NCBI GenBank assembly: GCA_003695135.1
Contig: RFIR01000027.1
Span: 1-24,441, forward strand
From: Alphaproteobacteria bacterium
GTDB lineage: Bacteria > Pseudomonadota > Alphaproteobacteria > Rhodobacterales > Rhodobacteraceae
Length of the DNA: 24,441 nucleotides
Direction: 5' to 3'
Shown here: positions 8,293-17,057 of the stretch, piece after piece
Numbering within the stretch: the stretch's first letter is position 1
How the letters are laid out: every line of letters begins with the position of its first letter
The notes under the pieces: model-generated
What the model saw: the letters and a program-made list of their open reading frames with translations, nothing else
Database searches by the model: none
Told to the model about the DNA's origin: nothing
Position numbers and translations under genes: made by a program

Positions 8293-8601
8293 AGGTGGCA
8301 CCTTCCGCGAACCGGCGGCGGTGAAGGGGGCATCATGTCCGGGAGACCGATCGTGCTCTCATACCAGCCGCCCTGATCACTGACCTTTGCCCGGCTTCCT
8401 GCCGTGAGCGAGGTGATGGTGTCGGGGTCGCTGGCGAGAACGATCCGGGCCGCACGGCCCCGACAGATGATCGCTCGGCAGCCGTCAGGGCGCGTTCAAT
8501 CGCGATATCACCCGGCAGGCGCGGGGCGCGTTCCGCCGAGCTGAAGGTGAATGCGCCATACGGCCAGGCGAGCATCCTCGCGCAGGTGCAATGATTGAAA
8601 A

Positions 8602-8780
8602 ACCCCAGCGAAACTCCGGAACGACGGGGCATCCCCGGCGAGACGCGTTTTCTGCCAACCTGTGCTACGCGCGCATAAAGTAATTAGAAGAGACCCCTGA
8701 AAAACTCCGGCGCGACAGGGCATCTCAGGCAAGACACGTTTTCTGCCAGTGTGTACTGCGCGCGCGTAAAGTAATTAGAA
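8602..8780. repeat. Direct tandem repeat: two 88-nt copies (8602-8689, 8693-8780), period 91 nt
   Basis: Hand ungapped alignment gives 72/88 identical positions. Both copies contain CGTTTTCTGCCA and end in TAAAGTAATTAGAA. Confidence 0.9.
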
Positions 8781-8910
8781 AATAATTTCCAAATCAATAT
8801 TTATCAGCCAACAGTGAAAATAATCGCAACATGTCCGGCGCCGCATTTCGCGGCGCCCGAGCCTACCGGGAACAACCAAGCCACGGATCCGCTGCAGCGG
8901 CTCTGCCTTT

Positions 8911-9228
8911 TCAGGCGCAGTAGATCTGGTAGAGCGTGCGAAGGATCTCGGCCGCCTCGGGGCTGTCGAGGGAATAGAAGACCGATTGCGCCTGCCGGCG
9001 CGTCGACACCATCCGGTGCGCCCTCAGGATCGCCAGCTGCTGGGAAATGGCCGACTGGCTCAGCCCGATTGCCTCCTGCAGCTCGTGCACCGATTTCTCT
9101 CCACCCAGCAGCTGGCACAGGATCAGCAGGCGATTGTTGTTGGCCATCACCTTCAGGAGGTCTCCGGCCCGATCGGCATTGTCGCGCAGTTTCTGCAGTT
9201 CGGTCGAACCGATATCCATCATGTCCAT
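8911..9228 (-). CDS. ArsR/SmtB-family repressor of the persulfide-sensing SqrR/BigR/SoxR/sHdrR type (~105 aa)
   Basis: LLKVMANNNRLLILCQL..EKSVHEL..GLSQSAISQQLAILR..VSTRRQAQSVFYSL..LYQIYCA. One Cys in helix 2 (C38) and one at the C-terminus (C104), the pair characteristic of this subfamily. The start is one of three close ATGs (9228, 9222, 9219). Confidence 0.9.
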   Translation of the reverse strand: MDMMDIGSTELQKLRDNADRAGDLLKVMANNNRLLILCQLLGGEKSVHELQEAIGLSQSAISQQLAILRAHRMVSTRRQAQSVFYSLDSPEAAEILRTLYQIYCA

Positions 9229-9337
9229 CTCTGCCCACCTTCCGGTCCGACCGGACCCTGCGGCTCGCGCATTCGTGAACGCACCTGCCGGCATGTCCGT
9301 GCCACCTGCATAGCAGCTTGACCTTTCACGCTTTTTA

Positions 9338-9355
9338 ATATTCAGTTATGATAAT
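9338..9355 (+). promoter_or_regulatory. Candidate repressor operator overlapping the putative -10 of dsrE2-tusA
   Basis: ATATTCAGTTATGATAAT; imperfect palindrome AT-N2-TCA-N4-TGA-N2-AT; 15/18 identical to the dsrA promoter site. Confidence 0.65.
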
Positions 9356-9393
9356 AAACCAAATTACAGATCTTGCAATGGGAGGCCGCACCG

Positions 9394-9897
9394 ATGCTGG
9401 ACAGCAGCGAGCTCGAGAATGCCAAGAGCATGTCGATCATCGTCACCAAGGGGACGCTCGACTGGGCCTATCCGCCCTTCATCCTTGGCACTACCGCCGC
9501 GGCCATGGATGTCAAGGTGTCGATGTTCTTCACCTTCTACGGGCTGCCGCTGCTCTTGAAGGATCTGGATCTGAAGCTCAGCACCCTGGGCAATCCGGCG
9601 ATGAAGATGCCGATGATGGGGATGCACATGGCGATGCCGAACTTCATGCCGATCATTCCCGGCGTGGACCGGCTGGCGTCGAACATGATGAAGAACCTGA
9701 TGAAGAAGAAGGGCGTGGCCTCGATCGAGGATCTGCGCGAGGCGGCGGTGGATAGCGATGTGCGCATGATTGCCTGCCAGATGACACTCGACCTGTTCGA
9801 GCTGAAGACCGAGGACATGATCGACGGCATCGAGCTGGGCGGCGCGGCGACCTATATGGAGACCGCGCTGAAATCCGACATCAACCTGTTCATCTGA
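9394..9897 (+). CDS. dsrE2: DsrE2-type sulfurtransferase (DsrE/DrsE family, 167 aa)
   Basis: ATG at 9394 after GGAGG. SIIVTKGTLDWAYPPFIL, FFTFYGL and RMIACQMT match the DsrE2 pattern. Confidence 0.88.
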   Translation: MLDSSELENAKSMSIIVTKGTLDWAYPPFILGTTAAAMDVKVSMFFTFYGLPLLLKDLDLKLSTLGNPAMKMPMMGMHMAMPNFMPIIPGVDRLASNMMKNLMKKKGVASIEDLREAAVDSDVRMIACQMTLDLFELKTEDMIDGIELGGAATYMETALKSDINLFI

Positions 9898-9935
9898 CAC
9901 GTACGGCACCTGCCTGCGACGAGAAAGGAGAAGCG

Positions 9936-10160
9936 ATGGCCGAACATGTGCTGAATGCGGAGGGCCTGAACTGCCCCCTCCCGATCCTGAAGGCGAAGAA
10001 GGCGCTGAAGGACGTGCCGCCGGGCGAGATCCTCAAGATCAGCGCCACCGATCCCGGCTCGGTTGCCGATTTCGCCGCCTTCTGCAATCAGACCGGCAAC
10101 GAGCTGGTGAGCTCCACGACCGAGGGCAACGTATACAGGTTCGAGATTCGCCGTACCTGA
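9936..10160 (+). CDS. tusA: TusA sulfur carrier
   Basis: AAGGAG RBS; LNAEGLNCPLPILKAKKAL with the CPxP motif; ATDPGS; 74 aa. Confidence 0.95.
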   Translation: MAEHVLNAEGLNCPLPILKAKKALKDVPPGEILKISATDPGSVADFAAFCNQTGNELVSSTTEGNVYRFEIRRT

Positions 10161-10180
10161 AGCCGCGCGCAATGCAAACG

Positions 10181-10213
10181 GCCCCGGGCGGTTCGGCCCG
10201 GGGCTTTCTTATT
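10181..10213 (+). terminator. Rho-independent terminator after tusA, possibly bidirectional with dsrN
   Basis: GCCCCGGGC-GGTTCG-GCCCGGGGC followed by TTTCTTATT; sits directly between the convergent tusA and dsrN stops. Confidence 0.85.
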
Positions 10214-11585
10214 TCCGGCACCGCCTGACATGGGCGACGAAGCGGTCGACCCACGGGCAGCCATCGGTGTGACGCAGATGGCAAAAGCCGGCCAGAAGGT
10301 TTCCGACCACGATCCCGTCATGCCGGCCGTCCACCCCATGCCCGCGCAGCATGTCGCGGGCAAAGCGCGTGTCGGCCGGCAGCCCCTCGAGGCTGGCATA
10401 GTGAAACTCGTGCGCGCGCGCCTCGGCATTCTCCACCCCCCAGGGCTGGCCGGGGCGGGTGCGAAATGCGGTGTAGCCGCGCCCCTGCGGGCGGGCGTGC
10501 ATCACCGCCTCGGCCGCGATGGCACCGACCATCGGCCAGCGTTTCCCGTCCCAGCCGATGGCCCGGCAGAGATACATCAGCCCGCCGCATTCGGCATAGG
10601 CCGGCATGCCGTTCGCGATGGCCTCGCGGATTGCCGCGCGCAGATCGGCATTGGCCGCCAGCGCCTCGGCATGGGTTTCGGGAAATCCGCCGCCGATGAA
10701 CAGACCCTCGGCCGGCGGCAATACGCGATCCGATAGCGTGTCGAAGGGCACGAGCTCGGCCCCCGCCCGCGCGAAGGCCTCCAGATCGTCGGGATAGTAG
10801 AAGCCGAAGGCGGCATCGCGGGCGATCGCGATGCGCACCGGTTGGCCCGTGGCGGTCATGGCCGGTGCGGGGCAGGGGGGCACGGCGAGCTCCGGTGCGG
10901 CGCGCGCGATCTGCATCAGCCGCGCCACATCGAGCGAGTCGGCGAGGATGCGGCCGATCTCGTCCAGATGTGCGGCCCGTTCGCCGCTTTCGGCCGGGGT
11001 GGTCAGGCCCAGATGCCGCTCGCCGATCTCCAGCGCCCGGTTGCGCCGCACCGCGCCCAGCACCGGCAGGTCGCAATAGAGCTCCACCGCTGCGCGCAGC
11101 TTGGCCTCGTGCCGCGCGCCCCCGGTTCGATTGAGGATGACGCCGGCGATATCGACCGCCGCGTCGAAGCGGCGATAGCCCAGGAGCAGCGGGGCGATGC
11201 CGCGGGTCATGCCGGTGGTGTCGATGACTAGCACCACCGGGGCGCGCATCAGCTTGGCGAGCTCGGCATTGGAATCGGCGCCTTCCGGGTCGAGCCCGTC
11301 ATAAAGCCCCTTGTTGGCCTCGATCAGCGCCAGCGCGCCCTCGGGCGTGCGCCGGGCGAGCAGGCCAAGCAGCTCCGCCCGCCCCATGGTGTTGAAGTCG
11401 AGATTGTAGCAGGGTCTGCCCGCCGCCAGCCCCAGCCACATCGGGTCGATGTAATCGGGTCCCTTCTTGAAGGGCTGGACCTGCTGCCCGGAGGCGCGCA
11501 GCGCCGCCGCCAGCCCGGCGGTGATCACGGTCTTGCCCGAGGATTTGTGCGCCGCGGCCAGAAGCAGGCGGGGGGGTGCGTTCAT
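10209..11585 (-). CDS. dsrN: DsrN, cobyrinate a,c-diamide synthase-like siroheme amidase
   Basis: AAAHKSSGKT P-loop, FKKGPDYIDPMWL, IEANKGLYDG, glutamine amidotransferase GGGFPE / YAECGGLMYL / HEFHY; last gene of the dsr operon. Confidence 0.93.
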   Translation of the reverse strand: MNAPPRLLLAAAHKSSGKTVITAGLAAALRASGQQVQPFKKGPDYIDPMWLGLAAGRPCYNLDFNTMGRAELLGLLARRTPEGALALIEANKGLYDGLDPEGADSNAELAKLMRAPVVLVIDTTGMTRGIAPLLLGYRRFDAAVDIAGVILNRTGGARHEAKLRAAVELYCDLPVLGAVRRNRALEIGERHLGLTTPAESGERAAHLDEIGRILADSLDVARLMQIARAAPELAVPPCPAPAMTATGQPVRIAIARDAAFGFYYPDDLEAFARAGAELVPFDTLSDRVLPPAEGLFIGGGFPETHAEALAANADLRAAIREAIANGMPAYAECGGLMYLCRAIGWDGKRWPMVGAIAAEAVMHARPQGRGYTAFRTRPGQPWGVENAEARAHEFHYASLEGLPADTRFARDMLRGHGVDGRHDGIVVGNLLAGFCHLRHTDGCPWVDRFVAHVRRCRK

Positions 11586-12592
11586 GCCGCGGCCGGTAGG
11601 CCGTCACGGTCCCGATCCGCCCACATCCGCTCGGCCAGCGCCTGCGCGGCCGGGATCGTGTCCGCCCGGCCCAGAAGCTTCAGCGCAACGGCGAGGGTTC
11701 CGGTGACCGCCGCCTCGCCATAGGCGCTTGTGCGTTCCCCGCGCCACACCGCGACCAGATCGGCGGGATCCATGGCGCTGTCGGCCGGCTGATGCGGATC
11801 GGCGAGGATCGCGGGCCAGGTCTCGATTTCCGGCTCGGCCGCGCCATGGGTGGTCCAGACCACGGTCGGCTTGTTGGGCCGGCGCTCGATCTCGCCGCCC
11901 TCGCCGCGGAAGACCGCCATGTGCGGCTGGCCGAGCAGCCGCCCCGCGCCGGCATGGATGTCCATGAAGCCGCGATGAAAGATGCCCTGCATCATCGCCG
12001 GCGCCCCGAACGGGTTGAGCATGCGCGAGAAGCTGTGCACCGGCGAGCGCAGGCCGAGGATCGGTCTGAGCTCGATCAGATGGCGCAGCACCGGGCTCAG
12101 CACTTCAAGCGGCACATAGGCGAAGTTGCGGGCGCGGATGTGATCGGCGGCCTCGGCCAGGCTCTGCGCCGGGGCAAGCCCGAGGCGGCGGAGCACGTCG
12201 GAGGTGTAGACGCGGCCCGGCGTGTGGCCCTCGGTGCCATGCATGAAGACGCGGATCCCGGCGCCGGCCAGCGTCAGCACCGAGAGCAGGAACCAGGGCA
12301 GCTGGATGCGCTTGCCGGCATAGGAGGACCAGTCGAGATCGACATCGGGAATCGCGGCCGGCAGCGCGATGGTCGCGCGCGTGCCGAGGGTGAAGCCGGC
12401 GATCTCCTCCGGCGTCTCCTCCTTCAGCCGCAACAGCATCAGGAAGGCGCCGATCTGTTCGGGCAGGGCCTCGCCGCGCAGGATCATCGCCATCGCCTCG
12501 CGCGCCTCCTCCAGCGTCAGCGCGCGCGACTTGGTCTTGCCGCGGCCGAGAATGGCGACGAATTTCGCAAATGGGTGGGCTTCGAGCGACAT
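11582..12592 (-). CDS. YbiB/TrpD2-like protein (glycosyltransferase family 3 / anthranilate phosphoribosyltransferase fold), 336 aa
   Basis: ATG at 12592 after GGAGG (track start 12913 overlaps dsrP). ILGRGKTKSRALTLEEA, QIGAFLMLLRLKEET, DLDWSSYAGKR, LRPILGLRSPVHS, FRGEGGEIERRP. ATGA overlap with dsrN. Confidence 0.85.
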   Translation of the reverse strand: MSLEAHPFAKFVAILGRGKTKSRALTLEEAREAMAMILRGEALPEQIGAFLMLLRLKEETPEEIAGFTLGTRATIALPAAIPDVDLDWSSYAGKRIQLPWFLLSVLTLAGAGIRVFMHGTEGHTPGRVYTSDVLRRLGLAPAQSLAEAADHIRARNFAYVPLEVLSPVLRHLIELRPILGLRSPVHSFSRMLNPFGAPAMMQGIFHRGFMDIHAGAGRLLGQPHMAVFRGEGGEIERRPNKPTVVWTTHGAAEPEIETWPAILADPHQPADSAMDPADLVAVWRGERTSAYGEAAVTGTLAVALKLLGRADTIPAAQALAERMWADRDRDGLPAAA

Positions 12593-12605
12593 GGCGTCCT
12601 CCGGT

Positions 12606-13820
12606 TCAGGCGGATTGCACCCTTGCCTGCGCCGCAAGATTGGCATCGCCGAGATTGGTGGGCAAGATGCGCAGCACCTTGACCCCGAGCAGTGTAAGCG
12701 CCGCCGCGATGCCGACGCCGCCCAGCCCCAGCGCGATCTCGCTCCAGCTCGGCGTGTAGGCGGCGACCACCCCGTCCTGAAAGCTGCTGGAGGTAACGAA
12801 ACCGGGGAAGATCTCCAGCGGATAGGCCTGCCCGCCGATGATGATGACATAGAGCTGCGCGAAGCCACCGGCGATGACGAAGAGCGAGGCCAGAACCGCG
12901 TCTCCAATGCCAAGGTTCTTGCTGCCGAAGATCATCGCCATCGGCAGCAGACCGCCCAGGATCACCTGCCCGCCCCAGAAAAGCCATGTGTAAAGACCGC
13001 CGGTTCTGAGAATGAACGCCTCGATCCCGGCATGTTCCTGCGCGTAAAGGTTGGTCAGATGCTGCACGGCGGTGAAGTACAGCACCGCCGCCACGAACAG
13101 CGCCAGGAGCCTGGCGAGGCGGGTTACCAGCCCGAGACCCAGCGGGCGGTTGCCCAGGCGGGAGAGTGTCACCAGAACGATGATGAACACGGCGAGCCCG
13201 AAGCTGAACGACATGGCGATGAACAAGGGCGCCATGATCGCCGCGTCATAGGCGGGCCGGGCCACCAGCCAGCCGAAGATCGAGCCGGTGCCGGTGGTCA
13301 GCGCCAGCCGCCACAGGAAGGCAAGCAAGCCTGCCGCCGGCACGTAGCGCCTTGCCCCGCCGCGCGACATCTGCACGAAGAGATAGAGCGCGGTGACCAC
13401 GATGAAGCCGGTATAGAGGAAGATGTTCCAGGCGAAGATGGAGGAGAAGTTGTAGGTGGTCATCGCCACGATCAGCCGGTCGGCCCGGCCGAGATCGAGC
13501 ACCAGCACCGCCAGCCCGCCAACCAGCAGCGCGATCGCCAGAAGACCCGAGAGCCGGGACAGCGGCTTGTAGGCGCTGCGGCCGAAGACCGAGGCGATGG
13601 AGGCGACGTTGAGCGCGCCGGATGCAGCGACGATGAGGAAGATGGCGAAGATGTGCGGCGTGCCCCAGACGATCTGGTTGGTCATGCCGGTGACGATGTG
13701 GCCGCCTTCCTCGATCACCACCACGGCGATCAGACCGGCGAGCAGCGCAAGCGCGACGATGGCCGCCGCGCCGGCGAGGCCGCGGCTGAGGCCGATTTCG
13801 CGATAGATCGTGCGTTCCAT
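12606..13820 (-). CDS. dsrP: DsrP, NrfD/PsrC-family integral membrane subunit (404 aa)
   Basis: ATG at 13820 with AGGAGG upstream. GMTNQIVWGTPH, LVLDLGRADRL, NFSSIFAWN; about ten hydrophobic segments; follows dsrO. Confidence 0.92.
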   Translation of the reverse strand: MERTIYREIGLSRGLAGAAAIVALALLAGLIAVVVIEEGGHIVTGMTNQIVWGTPHIFAIFLIVAASGALNVASIASVFGRSAYKPLSRLSGLLAIALLVGGLAVLVLDLGRADRLIVAMTTYNFSSIFAWNIFLYTGFIVVTALYLFVQMSRGGARRYVPAAGLLAFLWRLALTTGTGSIFGWLVARPAYDAAIMAPLFIAMSFSFGLAVFIIVLVTLSRLGNRPLGLGLVTRLARLLALFVAAVLYFTAVQHLTNLYAQEHAGIEAFILRTGGLYTWLFWGGQVILGGLLPMAMIFGSKNLGIGDAVLASLFVIAGGFAQLYVIIIGGQAYPLEIFPGFVTSSSFQDGVVAAYTPSWSEIALGLGGVGIAAALTLLGVKVLRILPTNLGDANLAAQARVQSA

Positions 13821-13833
13821 CCTCCGCGCCCTC

Positions 13834-14589
13834 CTAGAGCCCCGCGTAGCGCACGCCCGGATCGAGTCCGAGATCGTCGCGCAGCGCCATGCTTGGATAT
13901 TGCGCAAGAGCCTTCGAGATCTCGCTTTCGGGATCGTTGAGATCGCCGAACAGGATCGCGTTATGGCCCGTGGCCGCGCAGGCCTCGACACAGGCCGGCA
14001 CCCGCCCGGCATCGACCCGGTGCACGCAAAGGGTGCAGCTTTCCACCGTGCCGCGCCCGCGCGGGGCGAAGCTGCGCTTGTCGGCGTCGGGCACCGTCTC
14101 GTGGATGAAGCTGCGCGCCTTGAACGGGCAGGCCATCATGCAGTAGCGGCAGCCGATGCAGATATGCTTGTCCACCAGCACGATGCCGTCGGCACGCCTG
14201 AACGAGGCGCCGGTCGGGCAGACATCGACACAGGGCGGGGATTCGCAATGCTGGCACATCACCGGCAGGGACAGCTCGCGCCCGGTGGCGATCTCGGTCA
14301 GATCGACCTTGCGGATCCACTGCGCATCGGTCTCGGGATGGCCGGTGTCGTGCCAGCCGTTTTCCTGCGAACACGCGCTCACGCAGGCGCTGCAATCGGG
14401 ATCGCACTTGCCGGCATCGACCAGCAACCCCCAGCGATGGTTTGCATCCGCCTCGGCCTCGGCGCTGCCGCCGAATGCGGTCAGCGTCACGCCGGGGGCC
14501 AACGTGATCGTTGCCACCGCCGCGCCTGCGCGCAGGAAATCGCGGCGCGAGGGCGGGACGGCATCGGGTCTCGGGGTAGGCTGCTTCAT
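13834..14589 (-). CDS. dsrO: DsrO, Tat-exported 4Fe-4S ferredoxin subunit
   Basis: SRRDFL Tat motif; CQHCESPPCVDVCP, CIGCRYCMMACP, CTLCVHR..PACVEAC. Confidence 0.95.
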   Translation of the reverse strand: MKQPTPRPDAVPPSRRDFLRAGAAVATITLAPGVTLTAFGGSAEAEADANHRWGLLVDAGKCDPDCSACVSACSQENGWHDTGHPETDAQWIRKVDLTEIATGRELSLPVMCQHCESPPCVDVCPTGASFRRADGIVLVDKHICIGCRYCMMACPFKARSFIHETVPDADKRSFAPRGRGTVESCTLCVHRVDAGRVPACVEACAATGHNAILFGDLNDPESEISKALAQYPSMALRDDLGLDPGVRYAGL

Positions 14590-15089
14590 TCCGTCGCCTC
14601 CGGCTGCGGGGCAAAGGCCGTGCCCTTTTGCAACGCTTCCAGATAATCGGCGATCATTGTCGCGGTCTCGGGTGTATTGCCCATGGCGCGCGCCTTCTCG
14701 ATCACCCGCAGACCGCGCGCATCGGGCGTCGCCTTGTGACAGGTGAAGCAGTCGATGCTGACCGCGGCATATTCATGACAGACCGCGCAGAAGCCGCCGG
14801 GATCGCCTGCCGCGACCGGCCGGGCATCCGGGCCGGTTACGGCGTGGCAGACGAGGCACTGGCGCAGGCTGGCCCTGACCGTGCGATCGCCCATGCGCAG
14901 CGTCAGGTCGCGGTCGTGGCGCAAGAGATCGGGGTGGTGCCTGCGCCAGTATTCGTTGCCTTCCGGGTGCGGCGTGCCGATGGCCTTTGGCACCTCCGGC
15001 CACAGCGCCCGGTCCTGCCCGGCCGATGCCGCGGCGGCCAGCAGCACCGGCAGCGCGATCAGGGCCAGCAGATGCGGCAATCGTATCAT
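14586..15089 (-). CDS. dsrJ: DsrJ, triheme cytochrome c
   Basis: Signal peptide; CLVCH, CAVCH, CFTCH; HPDLLRHDRDLTLRMG; ATGA overlaps with both neighbours. Confidence 0.92.
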   Translation of the reverse strand: MIRLPHLLALIALPVLLAAAASAGQDRALWPEVPKAIGTPHPEGNEYWRRHHPDLLRHDRDLTLRMGDRTVRASLRQCLVCHAVTGPDARPVAAGDPGGFCAVCHEYAAVSIDCFTCHKATPDARGLRVIEKARAMGNTPETATMIADYLEALQKGTAFAPQPEATE

Positions 15090-17035
15090 TCACCGAGCCC
15101 CATCTTGATATAGCCGGTGGGGCAGACATCGGCGCAGATGTGACAGCCGATGCAGCGCGTGTAGTCGGTATAGACATAGCGGCCCACCGTGCGGTCCTTC
15201 TTCGGCACGCGATGCACCGCATCCTGGGGGCAGAAGATCACGCAGTTGTCGCATTCGAAGCACATCCCGCAGGACATGCAGCGCTCGCCTTCCTTGCGCG
15301 CCTGCTCCTCGGTCAGCCCGATGATGCGCTCCTGGAAATTGCCGAGGACCTGATCGCCCTCGAAATGAATCTCCTGGCGCTGTTCGCGCGGGACAAAGTT
15401 GAAATGCCCCTTGAACAGCTCGGTATGCGGAATGATCTGGGTATCGGAGCGATCCTCGTAATTGTGGATGGCGAAATCCGACTCCGATGTGCCGCGCTTT
15501 TGAAGATGATCATAGGGCGCGGGGTCCTTGTGGCGGCGGTGCAGCTCCTCGAGCAGATTGAAATGGTGCACATCCACCTTCGGGCGGCGCTCGATCGTGC
15601 CGTCATCGAGAAAGTCCGAGATCACCTCGGCCCCGATCCGGCCATGACCGATGGCGGTGGTCAGAAGATGCGGGCGCAGGATGTCGCCGCCGGCGAAATG
15701 CTTCTCGCGCCCCTTGACCGGGGTCGAGGGGGTGGCGTCGATGAAGCCGCGCCCGTTGTCGAGACCCTCCAGCCCGGTCAGATCGCCCATCTGGCCGATG
15801 GCGGCGATGATGATGTCGGCCTCCAGCACGAATTCGGTGCCCTCGCGCGGGATCGGCTTCATGCCGTCCATGTCGCATTCGCACATCCTCAGGCCCACCG
15901 CCTTGCCGGTCTCGTCCTTGATCACCTCCAGCGGCATCACCCCGCCCCTGATCTTGATGCCCTCGCGCATGGCATCCTCGCGCTCGCGCTCGGCCGCGGT
16001 CATCTTCTCGACGGGAAACAGCGAGGTCAGCGTCGCGGTCATCCCCTCGCGCACCAGCGAGCCGGCCACGTCATGCCCGGCAAAGTTGATCAGCGCCCCG
16101 TCGGGGTGTTCGGGGACATTGACCTTGGAGATATGGCCCAGCCGGCGGGCCACCGAGGCGACATCGACCGAGGTATCGCCGCCGCCGACCACCACCACCC
16201 TGCGCGCGGTGCCGAAGACATAGCCCTGATTGAAGGCGTCGAGAAACTCGATGCCGTTGATGCAGTTCTCGGTGCCCTCCCAGCCCGGGATCGGCAGATC
16301 GCGCCCCTTCTGCGCGCCCAGCGCCCAGTAGATGGCATCATAGGCCTCTTCCAGCGCCTCGACGGTAATGTCGGTGCCGACGCGGGTGCCGGTCCTGACC
16401 TCGACGCCCAGATCGATGATGCGCCCGATCTCCTTGTCGAGCATCTCGCGCGGGGTGCGGTAGCCGGGGATGCCGTAGCGCATCATCCCGCCCAGCTCCT
16501 CATGGGCCTCGAAGACGGTCACCGCATGGCCATCGAGGCGCAGGAAATAGGCTGCCGACAGGCCGGCCGGCCCGCCGCCCACCACCGCGACCTTCTTGCC
16601 GGTATCGGGTCCCGGCTCGGGCAGCTTGACGTGGTTCTCGTTGGCCCAGTCGCCGACATATTGTTCGACCGCATTGATGCCGACGAAATCATCGACCTCG
16701 TTGCGGTTGCAGCCCGCCTCGCAGGGCGCCGGGCAGACCCGGCCCATGGTGGCGGGGAAGGGGTTGGCCGCGGCCATGCGCTGGAAGGCGTATTCCTGCC
16801 AGCTCATGCCCTCGACGGGCGGCTTGTCCATGCCGCGCGCGATCGCCAGCCAGCCGCGGATTTCGTGGCCCGAGGGGCAGGAGCCCTGGCAGGGCGGGGT
16901 CTTGTGGACATAGGTCGGGCATTTGTAGGAATGATCGGCCTGAAAGATCCGCTCCTCCAGATCCCAGTCCTCGGCAGTCTGACCCTCGCTGAAGCGCCGG
17001 AAGGTGGGTTTCGGCTGGTTCGCCATCTCGTTCAT
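15086..17035 (-). CDS. dsrL: DsrL iron-sulfur flavoprotein (NAD(P)H:acceptor oxidoreductase, oxidative type)
   Basis: GGAGGA RBS; CPTYVHKTPPCQGSCPSG, GRVCPAPCEAGCNR, GGGPAG, YGIPGYR, GGGDT, C-terminal CMSCGMCFECDNC and CIGCHICADVCP. Confidence 0.95.
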   Translation of the reverse strand: MNEMANQPKPTFRRFSEGQTAEDWDLEERIFQADHSYKCPTYVHKTPPCQGSCPSGHEIRGWLAIARGMDKPPVEGMSWQEYAFQRMAAANPFPATMGRVCPAPCEAGCNRNEVDDFVGINAVEQYVGDWANENHVKLPEPGPDTGKKVAVVGGGPAGLSAAYFLRLDGHAVTVFEAHEELGGMMRYGIPGYRTPREMLDKEIGRIIDLGVEVRTGTRVGTDITVEALEEAYDAIYWALGAQKGRDLPIPGWEGTENCINGIEFLDAFNQGYVFGTARRVVVVGGGDTSVDVASVARRLGHISKVNVPEHPDGALINFAGHDVAGSLVREGMTATLTSLFPVEKMTAAEREREDAMREGIKIRGGVMPLEVIKDETGKAVGLRMCECDMDGMKPIPREGTEFVLEADIIIAAIGQMGDLTGLEGLDNGRGFIDATPSTPVKGREKHFAGGDILRPHLLTTAIGHGRIGAEVISDFLDDGTIERRPKVDVHHFNLLEELHRRHKDPAPYDHLQKRGTSESDFAIHNYEDRSDTQIIPHTELFKGHFNFVPREQRQEIHFEGDQVLGNFQERIIGLTEEQARKEGERCMSCGMCFECDNCVIFCPQDAVHRVPKKDRTVGRYVYTDYTRCIGCHICADVCPTGYIKMGLGE

Positions 17036-17057
17036 CGGCTTCCTCCGCTGGGCCGTC

